In this document: piece after piece, positions 55,846-64,000 of the stretch
Position numbering within the stretch: the stretch's first letter is position 1
Layout: every line of letters begins with the position of its first letter
Source: Myxococcales bacterium
Lineage (GTDB): Bacteria > Myxococcota > Myxococcia > Myxococcales > JAKAPL01
Length of the DNA stretch: 64,000 bases
Assembly: GCA_021807105.1 (NCBI GenBank)
Contig: JAKAPL010000005.1
Coordinates: 6,178-70,177, forward strand
Direction of reading: 5' to 3'
Program-made: the position numbers and the translations under genes
Notes under the pieces: model-generated
What the model saw: the letters and a program-made list of their open reading frames with translations, nothing else
What the model was told of the DNA's origin: nothing
Database searches by the model: none

Positions 55846-58416
55846 ATGACCACCGCCCTCCTCGCCCTCCTCCTGCACGCGGCGCCGCTCCTTCCGGCGG
55901 AGCCGATCCACGTCGCCGCCGACCGGATGGCGTATGGCCAGGGATTCGCCCGCGCTACGGGGCACGTCACGGTCACCGGGCCGGGCTTCATCCTGCACGC
56001 GCCCGCGCTCACCGAGGACACCACGCGCCGGAGGCTCGACATCGAGGGGCCCCTCTTCGCGGTCGACGGCCAGAACCTGCTCCTCGCGCGGCGGGGGACG
56101 GTCGACCTCGATCGGGCGACGGTCGAGCTGTTCCAGATCCACCTCTTTCAGAAGGAGCTGGTGTCGGCCGAGGAGCTGGCGGCGGCGCGGACGGCGGCCG
56201 AGGCCCAAAAGCTCGGCGCGAACCGGATCCTCGTCACGGCCGATCACCTCGTGCGGCTCGGCCCCGGCCGCTACCGGCTCACCGGCGTCGAGCTGACGAG
56301 CTGCAAGTGCACGGGGGAGGGGCGCTGCACTCCGGCCTGGTCGATGGCCTCGCGCCGGGCCGACGTGGAGGCGGGGCAGGGCGCCTGGCTCGCGTGGCCC
56401 GCCTTCCGGATCGCCGACGCCGGGCTTCCCTTGCTGCGCCCGCCCGCGCTCTACCTGCCCCTCGCCGACCGGCGCACGGGGTTCTTGCTCCCCCACTTCG
56501 CCTGGCAGGTCCAGAACGGGGCCATCCTCGACGAGCCGTTCTTCCTTACCCTAGGGCCGAGCTACGACCTCACGCTTTCGGCGGGCTACGTGACCGGCCA
56601 GCAGGAGCTGATTCCCGCGTCGTCGGCGGCGGGGGCTCCGCTCGTGCCGGGGGGGATCGGGATCGGCGGCGTCCATGGCCCGCGGGCGAGCGCCGAGTTC
56701 CGTTACGCTCCCGCGCCGGACCTGGTCGGGCGCCTCTTCGGGAGCGTCCTGGATGACGAGAACCACGACTGGATCGCGACGCCCTCCGGCAAGTATCAAG
56801 GGTACGTCCGCGGCCCGCGCGCCTCGCTCCACTACTACCAGGTGCAGGGCGACGAGGGTCGGTTCGGCGATCGGCTCGACCTCTCGCTCGTCTCCGACGC
56901 GCGCCTGACGAGCCAGCTCACGACGGACATCCTCTTCGCGTCCATCCCCGCGACGCGCAGCGCTGCCCTCGGATTCTGGCGCGGCGACGACCTGCTGCTC
57001 TCCGCGGACGCCGTCTATTACCAGGACTTCCAGGGCTACTTCTCGCCCGAGAACGTCCACCAGGAGCTGTTCGGGCCGGGCGCGCCGGCGACGCTCGCGA
57101 CCGCGCCGCGACTCGAGGCGAACGTCCCCGATCGGCGGCTCGGCCCCTTCTGGCTCTCGGTCTCCTCGGAGGCCACCCACGAGGGCGCCCTCGGCCAGCC
57201 CTACGACCGGATCACCGAAGGCCCCCTCCCGTTCACCTCGCCGGATCTCGCGCTCGCGCCCTTCTCGCCGTGGCAGCCCGGCCGCGCGCCCGCCGATCGG
57301 CTCGACGTCGTCCCGGCGCTGCGCTGGCCCGTTGATCTCGGCCGCTTCGCGACCGCCTCGCTCCAGGCGTCGTTCCGCGAGGATCTCTGGTCCTTCGAGG
57401 ACGACACCCAGCCCGGCGGGACGAGCCTCGGGCAGTCCGGCCAGCGCGGCTACCCGATCCTCGACGGCGAGCTGGGGACTCGGCTGTCGCGAACATGGGA
57501 GTCCGGCTGGAGCCACGTGATCGAGCCCGAGCTGCTCGTCCGCGCGATCCCATCGATCGAGGCGAGCGGGCTCGTCCCGCCGCTCTGGATGGCGCCCTCG
57601 AATGGGTTCGTGTTCGACCACGCCACCGGCCTGCCGATCGCGACGTTCCTGCCTCTCCCCTACGACGAGATCGACTTCGCGCCGGGGTACGGCGCCACGC
57701 CGGCCACGGGCGCGCCGGGGATGCTCGTGCGAGGTGTTCTGCCGGAGGGCTTCGCGCAGGCCGAGCTGCACGTCGATCAGCGGCTGCGCGGGCCCGGCTT
57801 CTCTGGCCGCCTCGACTTCGGGGAGTACGTGGACCTGTTGGGCCCGGAAGGAACGTTCGGGCTGATCAAGAGCACCTTCGGCCCTTTCCACGCGAACGCC
57901 TACGCGCTCATCGCGAACCGCACCTTGCCCTGCCCGAACTGCAACGCAGGGGAGAGCGAGTTCCGCCGGCTCGAAGAGGCGAGCGGCGACGCCGGCTGGG
58001 GCGATACGCGCGGCGACAACGTCTCGGTCTCCTTCGCCCGCGCGCTGGCCGCGGGCTCGCTGCGGCTCGACTCTCCGCTCGACGCGCTCTTCGCCCCGCC
58101 CCTGCCGGCCGGTGACCCGCTCTGGGCGCTCCCCGACCTGACGCAGGTGATGGCCGCCGGGACCGCGCAGATCGCGGACGGGTTTGCCGTCCACGGCGGC
58201 GTCACCTATCTCTTCGCCTCGGGCGCACCCATCCAGATTCTCGCGGGCACGGGCTGGAAGTCATCCCAGGGGTGCCTCGCGCTGGACGCGAACCTCGTGT
58301 TCCAGCCTTTCTTCCAGCCCGCGGTCTCCGGCCAGCCACCCACCGCCCCGACGTTTGGTCTCGCTGCTTTCTTCGTGACCTTCGACCTCGGGGAGCTGGG
58401 CGGCGGGAGCCTGTAA
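55846..58416 (+). CDS. lptD: LPS-assembly protein LptD
   Basis: Signal peptide, OstA-like N-terminus (IHVAADRM, ATGHV), TSC...PAWS, RRTGFLLP, EPFF, HVIEP, barrel strands ending DLGELG. Confidence 0.8.
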   Translation: MTTALLALLLHAAPLLPAEPIHVAADRMAYGQGFARATGHVTVTGPGFILHAPALTEDTTRRRLDIEGPLFAVDGQNLLLARRGTVDLDRATVELFQIHLFQKELVSAEELAAARTAAEAQKLGANRILVTADHLVRLGPGRYRLTGVELTSCKCTGEGRCTPAWSMASRRADVEAGQGAWLAWPAFRIADAGLPLLRPPALYLPLADRRTGFLLPHFAWQVQNGAILDEPFFLTLGPSYDLTLSAGYVTGQQELIPASSAAGAPLVPGGIGIGGVHGPRASAEFRYAPAPDLVGRLFGSVLDDENHDWIATPSGKYQGYVRGPRASLHYYQVQGDEGRFGDRLDLSLVSDARLTSQLTTDILFASIPATRSAALGFWRGDDLLLSADAVYYQDFQGYFSPENVHQELFGPGAPATLATAPRLEANVPDRRLGPFWLSVSSEATHEGALGQPYDRITEGPLPFTSPDLALAPFSPWQPGRAPADRLDVVPALRWPVDLGRFATASLQASFREDLWSFEDDTQPGGTSLGQSGQRGYPILDGELGTRLSRTWESGWSHVIEPELLVRAIPSIEASGLVPPLWMAPSNGFVFDHATGLPIATFLPLPYDEIDFAPGYGATPATGAPGMLVRGVLPEGFAQAELHVDQRLRGPGFSGRLDFGEYVDLLGPEGTFGLIKSTFGPFHANAYALIANRTLPCPNCNAGESEFRRLEEASGDAGWGDTRGDNVSVSFARALAAGSLRLDSPLDALFAPPLPAGDPLWALPDLTQVMAAGTAQIADGFAVHGGVTYLFASGAPIQILAGTGWKSSQGCLALDANLVFQPFFQPAVSGQPPTAPTFGLAAFFVTFDLGELGGGSL

Positions 58417-58620
58417 GCGGAGCGCCGGCAATGGGGCTCGCCATGGAGCGTCCGCCGTGCGACGTCGAGCCGCTGGCCGCGCCCGGGGGCTCGCCCGTCT
58501 TCCGTGAGGGGGGGCGGGGAGGCCGAGCACGTCGCTGGAACCGCGGAAACACGGGGGAAGGCGTCGAGTTTCACCGCCCGTCTCTTGCGTCGTTGCAGCG
58601 GCAGGTTTACTGACGAACCC

Positions 58621-58977
58621 ATGACACCTTCGGTCTCGAGTCGGATCGGCGAACGGATCAGGTTCTTGCGGCTCCACATGCGCGGCGGCAAGCTAACCCA
58701 GGAGGATCTGGCCGAGCGGGCCAACATCAGCGTCTCGTTCCTGAGCATGATCGAGCGCGGCCAGCGGTCCGCGCATGTGGAGACGCTGAACAGCCTCGCC
58801 CGGGCCCTCGGCGTCACGATGTCCGAGCTGTTCCGCGAGAATCGCGCCCGGACCCCGAAGGGCCCCGACGCGATCGCCGAGCCGCTCGTCCGTTTCGTCG
58901 AGAATCGGCGGCTCAGCCGCCGGGAGGTCGAGAAGATCCTCGACGTCGCCGCCGCGATGTTCCCGCTGCGGCAGTGA
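58621..58977 (+). CDS. XRE-family HTH transcriptional regulator
   Basis: IGERIRFLR, LTQEDLAERANISVSFLSMIERG, LARALGV. Confidence 0.9.
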   Translation: MTPSVSSRIGERIRFLRLHMRGGKLTQEDLAERANISVSFLSMIERGQRSAHVETLNSLARALGVTMSELFRENRARTPKGPDAIAEPLVRFVENRRLSRREVEKILDVAAAMFPLRQ

Positions 58978-58999
58978 ACGACGCTCCCCGCAGGGCTAG

Positions 59000-59177
59000 G
59001 AGGCTGGTGTCCAATGGCTGCCTACTGCGAAAGCCGAACCCTTCGCTGCGACCGGCGGCCTCGTCGCTTCGCTGCTCAACGTACTGTAAAGAGTATGTTT
59101 CCGTTGTTCACTCCTCGGGCGCCCGTCTCGCCTCGGTCTCGGCGCTCTCGCGACGGCACCTATTGGACAGCAGTCTC
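59000..59177. mobile_element. MITE family B, copy 5 (178 bp)
   Basis: GAGGCTGGTGTCCAATGG / CCTATTGGACAGCAGTCTC; CTAG TSD, the right one containing the stop codon of the minus-strand protease gene. Confidence 0.9.
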
Positions 59178-60137
59178 CTAGAGCGAGTCCACGGGGACGG
59201 GCACGAAGGTCAGCACGAACAGGACGAGGGCGGCGGCGCAGACGGCGCGCCGCAACGGCGAGAGAGGCTCCGCGGCGTTCTTCACGGGGGGATGTCCGTA
59301 GCCGACGAGCCGGGTCGCGACGAGCCACCAGACGAGCCACGAGAGGCTCGAGAAGATCCCTAGTCCGAGCAGCCCCCAGCCGACCGCCCGCCCGAGCGCG
59401 CGGCTCTTCTCCCCGAAGAGCGCGTGGGCCACGTGTCCACCGTCGAGCTGCCCGATGGGGAACAGGTTGAGGCTGGTGACGAAGAGGCCGAAGACCGCCG
59501 CGAATGCGACCGGGTGGACGACCACGTCCTGACCCGCGGGTGCTGGACCCAGGACCCACCGCTCGCAGATCCGGACGAGCAGGTCATCGCCGAAGGCGAG
59601 CACGCCGGAGGAGGCCGCGACCTGTCCGTGCAGAACGCGCCACTCGTGGAGCACGATCGCGAGGACCGAGTCCCCGCCGAGCCAGAAGCTCGCCCCCGCC
59701 GTCGGGCTCGGCTGGTAGTGGGACCAGGAGAGGCCGAGGACGAGCAGGGGAAGGGCGACGACGGCCCCCGCGATCGGCCCGGCCGCGCCGATGTCGACGA
59801 GGGCGTCGCGGGTGGCGATCGGGGAGCGCATGCGGATCACCGCGCCCAGGGTGCCGAAGGAGACGAGGCCGAGGCCGGGGAGGACGGGAGGCACGGGGAT
59901 GACGAAGGGCAGCGACGTCTCCACCCGGTGGATCCGGGCGAAGACGTAGTGGCCCATCTCGTGGGAGAGGAGGATGGCGAGCAGCGTGGTCGAGAAGGCG
60001 AGCCCCTGGGAGAGCAGCGCGCCCCCGTCGAGTCCCGGCCGGGCAAGGAGCATCCCCGCCCACGTCGTGGTGAGGAGGGTCAGGACGAGGAGCGCGCCGT
60101 GGAGCGGCAGGCGCCTTTCGACCGCCGCGTCCGCCAC
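59178..60137 (-). CDS. Site-2 protease (M50 family)
   Basis: HEMGH, GAAGPIAG, NLFPIGQLDGGH; multiple TM helices. Confidence 0.92.
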   Translation of the reverse strand: MADAAVERRLPLHGALLVLTLLTTTWAGMLLARPGLDGGALLSQGLAFSTTLLAILLSHEMGHYVFARIHRVETSLPFVIPVPPVLPGLGLVSFGTLGAVIRMRSPIATRDALVDIGAAGPIAGAVVALPLLVLGLSWSHYQPSPTAGASFWLGGDSVLAIVLHEWRVLHGQVAASSGVLAFGDDLLVRICERWVLGPAPAGQDVVVHPVAFAAVFGLFVTSLNLFPIGQLDGGHVAHALFGEKSRALGRAVGWGLLGLGIFSSLSWLVWWLVATRLVGYGHPPVKNAAEPLSPLRRAVCAAALVLFVLTFVPVPVDSL

Positions 60138-60141
60138 CGCT

Positions 60142-62076
60142 TCAGCTTCCTCCCAGCCCTTGCCGCGGCACGACCTTCCCGAGATCCAGCTCCTCGTAGC
60201 CCTTCGCCGTGATCGTCACGTAGAAGAGATCCTTCTGCGGCTCGCGATCCGGGCCGATCGTCGTGGTTCCGGTCGCGCCGGGGAAACCCTGAATCGCCGC
60301 GAACGCGTCGCGCGCCTGCGCGCGGGTCGCAGGGTGCGAGGCGAGCGCCTGCGCGACCATCCGCGCCGCGTCATAGGCCTCCGCCTCCATCAGGCCGGGC
60401 GGGTGGCCGTACGCCTTCTGGAAGGCGGCGACGAAGGCCCGGGTGGCCGGCCGCGCGCTCTGGGCGAAGAAGCCATCCACGAAGACCGAGCACTCAACGT
60501 ACCGGCCGGCGCGTTCCACGAGGTCGAAGTCCGGGTCGGCCCACGCGGTCCAGCCGAGCAGCTCGACCGTGGGGATCCGCGTGGCCCCGGTCGTCTCTCG
60601 GATCCGGCGCAGGTCGGCCGCGTCGCAGCCGTTCGTGACGACGTTCTCCACCGCGAGCTGGGGGGCGATGAGCGAGACGTTGCGCGCCGAGTCGGCGATG
60701 AAGAGGGCGTCGAAGTCGACGACCGGAGGCAGCCCTTCGCGCAGCTTCCGCAGCTCCCGCTTGAACCGCAGCGGCCGCAGCTTCTCCTCCCGCAGCTCGC
60801 GCACGCCCTCGATCCAGTCCTCGCGCAGCTCGAGGTCGTGCCGGCCGACGAGCTTCTCAGCGTACGTCTTGAAGGTCGTCGTGCCGGCCGGATAACTCTC
60901 CGCGCCGCGCACGACCCCCCCGGCCGCGTCCACCTGGTCCCAGAGGAGGTTCATCATCTGACGCCCGTAGTCGATGTCCGGCCAGAGGAACGCGAAGCGC
61001 TGGATCCCCCGCCGCTTCGCGTATTCGATGATGGCGCGCGCCTGCGCGGAGTCAGTCAGGAAATTCCGGAAGACGTATGGCCCGAGGTTCGTGAGCCCCT
61101 CGGCGCGCGCCAGGGTGACGATCGGGATCCCGAGCCGCTGCGCGGCCGTCGCGGCGGCCTCAGCCTCGGAAGAGAGGATCGGTCCGAGGAGGATCTGGGC
61201 GCCCTGCGCGGCGAGCGCCTCCACGGCCTTCGCGGCCGCGGCCGGATCGCCGCGGCTGTCCGCGACTCGGATCCGGTCCGCCGCGTCGCCCAGGGCGAGG
61301 CGGATGCCCTGCAAGGCGGCCGTCGCGTAGGCCGCGAACTGGGGCGGGCTTTCGGGCAGGAGGACGCCGATGAGGCCCGGCTCGACGCGACCAGCCGAAC
61401 GGAGCCGGTCGAGGGCGGCCTTCGCCACCGGCGCGGCGGGCGAGCCCGGGAAGCGCGCGAGGAAGGTCGAGAGCTCGACGTCCGCGCCGGGCGCGCCCTC
61501 GTGGGCGAGGACGAGCGCGCGCTTGGCCGAGAGGATCGGGACCGCCGGATCGTCCGGAGGCAGATCGGAGAGGAGCCGGGCGATGTCGATCACCGGTAGG
61601 CGCGCGTCGACGATCCGGCGGATCTCCGCCCGGGCCCGCGAACGCTCCGCTGCGTCGGGCGAGAGCTTGGTGAGCTTGACCCAGGCGCGCACGGCCTCGG
61701 CGAAGTCCCCCCCTTCCACGGCCGCCTCCGCGAGCCGGCGAACGACCGCCGGCTTCTCCTCGGCGGGCGCCCGTTCGACCTGGGTGCGCAACGCCTGCTC
61801 TGCATCGTGGAAGCGCCGGAGTGCGAGGTCCAGCGCCGCCATCCGGCGCTTGGCTGCGTCCGCGAGCGGATCGAGCGGGTAGCGGAGCGCCAGCTCCGCG
61901 TAGGCGTCACGCGCCGGCCCCAGCCTGCCCGCCGCCTCCTCGGCACGGCCACGAGCCCAGAGGGCCTGTGCGGCGGCCTCGTCCTGCGCCCCCGGCGGGG
62001 TGGGCTCTGCGGGAGCCGGCGCGGAATGAGCGCACGCGGCGAGAAGGAAGGCAGCGAGAAAACAGAGGCGAGCCAT
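60142..62076 (-). CDS. Penicillin-binding protein activator LpoA-like lipoprotein (TPR plus periplasmic-binding fold)
   Basis: Lipobox LAAC, TPR-like helices, IGVLLP, LGPIL, FDALFIAD, AYDAA, FPGATG. Confidence 0.8.
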   Translation of the reverse strand: MARLCFLAAFLLAACAHSAPAPAEPTPPGAQDEAAAQALWARGRAEEAAGRLGPARDAYAELALRYPLDPLADAAKRRMAALDLALRRFHDAEQALRTQVERAPAEEKPAVVRRLAEAAVEGGDFAEAVRAWVKLTKLSPDAAERSRARAEIRRIVDARLPVIDIARLLSDLPPDDPAVPILSAKRALVLAHEGAPGADVELSTFLARFPGSPAAPVAKAALDRLRSAGRVEPGLIGVLLPESPPQFAAYATAALQGIRLALGDAADRIRVADSRGDPAAAAKAVEALAAQGAQILLGPILSSEAEAAATAAQRLGIPIVTLARAEGLTNLGPYVFRNFLTDSAQARAIIEYAKRRGIQRFAFLWPDIDYGRQMMNLLWDQVDAAGGVVRGAESYPAGTTTFKTYAEKLVGRHDLELREDWIEGVRELREEKLRPLRFKRELRKLREGLPPVVDFDALFIADSARNVSLIAPQLAVENVVTNGCDAADLRRIRETTGATRIPTVELLGWTAWADPDFDLVERAGRYVECSVFVDGFFAQSARPATRAFVAAFQKAYGHPPGLMEAEAYDAARMVAQALASHPATRAQARDAFAAIQGFPGATGTTTIGPDREPQKDLFYVTITAKGYEELDLGKVVPRQGLGGS

Positions 62077-62221
62077 GGGCGCCCGCGGTGTAGCGCGCGC
62101 TCGGGCCTCGGGTCAACCGCCGCCGCGGCCCTGCTTCCTTGGCCGCCGCCGTCAGCCCGCGCGGGCCCCGGTGGACCGGGAGGCGGGCTTGCGGTAGAAT
62201 GACTATGCTCTGGCCAAGGAC

Positions 62222-63424
62222 ATGGACAATCGCCCGCTCGTTGCTTTCTCCACCGTCGCGTTGGCCGCGGCACTCTCGTCCTGTTGTCCGGACCGGCTCG
62301 TCCCGATGGAGGCGGCGTACGCCGGCGACGCGGGCATCCAGACCACCAGCGAGGTCGATCCCGGCGGCCTGAACGCGCCGGGATACACCGGTGGGCCGGA
62401 CGAGGATGCGGGTCTCCGGGACGCCGGCGAGGGTCGCGATGCGGGCCTGGATTCTGGAAGCCACGAAGACGCCGGCTTCCACGAAGACGCGGGCGCCGAG
62501 GACGGGGGCCACGGATCGAGCGGCGGAACCTCCGGCGGAACATCCGGCGGCACCTCGGGGAACAGCTCGGGCGGCACGTCCGGCAGCTCGGGAGGCACGT
62601 CGGGAGGGACTTCGGGCGGGACCTCCGGCGGCACTTCGGGAGGGCCTGGCGAGACGGACGGCGGCTGCCGGACGGACCCCGATCTGGCCGGCGCGCCCTG
62701 GACCATGACGGCCGACTACGACATGTCGGTGGCCGTCCAGCACGGCGGCATGCCGGGCGTCGTCCGGGCATTCGAGGACATCAGTGGCGTCCTCAACTCG
62801 CTCCAGAGCGCTGGCTTCCCGATCCCCTCGTGGGCCACGACGCTCTTCCAGAACCTCGCGAACCTCAAGGACCTTTTCCAGGACATCCACGTCATCTCGA
62901 ACCTCCAGCTCGACCGCGACAGCACCTTCAAGTACAGCGCGCAGGAGACCTGGGAGCAGGTGGACGTCTACCAGAATGGCACGCTCGTCCCGCTCGACGG
63001 CGGCAACGTCGGCTTTACCTCCCCCCCGGGATACACCGTCACGACGTGCAGCGGCACGGCGACGTTCTCGCGCCACGACATCTCCGGGTCGATCAACGGT
63101 CTGCTCCCGGAGGTCCTCGACGCGGCCACGATGGTCTACACCTGCACGAGCGGCGGCCCTTGCTACTCGTCCTTCCAGGACGCGGTCCAGGGCGCGCTCG
63201 ATTGCTCGCAATTCGGCTTCCCCGCGTCGGTGCTCTGCGACGCCATCGTGGGGGGCGTCGTCGGCGAACTGGAGAACGCGCTCGCTGGGGTCGCCTTCCC
63301 AGCGAACGTCTGCACGGTTGCCGGTACCTGTACGATCCAAGACGCGAACGACCTCGTGAACGGCGTCTGGCAGGGCGACCTGTCGGGCGTCCCGTTCCCG
63401 GGGACGTTCAGCGCGGTCCGGTAG
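62222..63424 (+). CDS. Hypothetical lipoprotein with DAG and GGTS low-complexity linker
   Basis: Lipobox LSSC; EDAG and SGGT repeats, then a Cys-containing globular domain. Confidence 0.75.
   Translation: MDNRPLVAFSTVALAAALSSCCPDRLVPMEAAYAGDAGIQTTSEVDPGGLNAPGYTGGPDEDAGLRDAGEGRDAGLDSGSHEDAGFHEDAGAEDGGHGSSGGTSGGTSGGTSGNSSGGTSGSSGGTSGGTSGGTSGGTSGGPGETDGGCRTDPDLAGAPWTMTADYDMSVAVQHGGMPGVVRAFEDISGVLNSLQSAGFPIPSWATTLFQNLANLKDLFQDIHVISNLQLDRDSTFKYSAQETWEQVDVYQNGTLVPLDGGNVGFTSPPGYTVTTCSGTATFSRHDISGSINGLLPEVLDAATMVYTCTSGGPCYSSFQDAVQGALDCSQFGFPASVLCDAIVGGVVGELENALAGVAFPANVCTVAGTCTIQDANDLVNGVWQGDLSGVPFPGTFSAVR
62518..62645 (+). repeat. 12-bp coding tandem repeat (SGGT)n
   Basis: About ten units such as TCCGGCGGAACC / TCGGGCGGGACC with synonymous variation. 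Confidence 0.8.
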
Positions 63425-64000
63425 TCAGTCCCGCGGCAGCGGGACCTCGATTTCGAGGCCGTCATGCGCCAGTTCTGCTTTCGGGAACGCCTCACGTGCC
63501 TCCCGGGCGAGGAGAGAGACGTCGTCCTCGTAGCGCGACGAGAAGTGCGTGAGGACGAGCCGCGCGACCCCCGCCTCCCGGGCCAGCTCGGCGGCTTCGC
63601 GGGCCGTCGAGTGGCGCGTCTCGATCGCCCTCTCCCTCTCCCCGTCCGCGAACGTGGCCTCGTGCACGAGCACGTCCGCCCCCCGTGCGGCCCGCGAGAG
63701 GGCCGCGCAGGGGCGCGTGTCGCCGCTCACGACGATCTTGCGCCCGCGACGCGCCGGGCCGAGCACCGCCTCCGGCTGCACGATCTCCCTGCCGAGTTCG
63801 ATCGTCTCGCCCCGTTGCAGCTTCCCGTAGAGCGGCCCGGCCGGAATGCCCAGCGCCTGCGCGCGATCCAGCCGGAACTCCCCCGGCCGGTCGTCCTCGA
63901 CGATCGCGAACCCGAGGGCGGCGATCCCGTGGTCCACCGCGACGGCCTCCACCCGCCACCCGCCGCGGGCGACGATCTCGCCGCCGGAAAGCTCGTGGAT
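63425..64000 (-). CDS. rnz: Ribonuclease Z, 3' part (gene starts beyond the window)
   Basis: VDHG, exosite GIPAGPLYGKLQRG, SGDTRP, HEATF, HST, LTHFSSRY. Confidence 0.92.
   Translation of the reverse strand: MHELSGGEIVARGGWRVEAVAVDHGIAALGFAIVEDDRPGEFRLDRAQALGIPAGPLYGKLQRGETIELGREIVQPEAVLGPARRGRKIVVSGDTRPCAALSRAARGADVLVHEATFADGERERAIETRHSTAREAAELAREAGVARLVLTHFSSRYEDDVSLLAREAREAFPKAELAHDGLEIEVPLPRD

Noticed and set aside
1-64000. tRNA, rRNA, integrase, prophage or recognisable anti-phage defence genes
   Set aside because: None recognised by eye; tRNAscan-SE and DefenseFinder would be needed to exclude them formally.

Overview
High-GC window whose gene content points to Myxococcota/Deltaproteobacteria (TIGR02266-type domain, Cys-rich lipoproteins, PilT paralog). 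Left to right it holds: the 3' part of a dissected type I PKS/glycolipid-like cluster (KR, KS-AT-DH-PPTase, ACP, two hydrolases, glycosyltransferase, methyltransferase); a Cys-rich IgGFc-binding-type surface protein; a dpaL plus two-carbamoylase operon; and an M-box (ykoK) riboswitch upstream of an OprB/MnoP-like porin. A mobile-element hotspot at about 17.8-28.4 kb contains nested MITEs, a truncated REP-associated Y1 (RAYT-like) transposase abutting a ~42-unit palindromic 21-bp tandem array, an IS1380 and an IS1634 remnant. The rest is mostly core genes: recJ, aspS, a glpAB/alkyl-DHAP-synthase-like operon, a carbonic anhydrase/purEK/Sua5 block, degenerate pilT, envC-ftsX-ftsE, leuB-like, lptD, a site-2 protease, LpoA-like and rnz. 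The most striking observations are several MITE families with unrelated termini that share one structured core, and the RAYT-linked palindromic array. All calls come from reading motifs by eye; no database searches were run.
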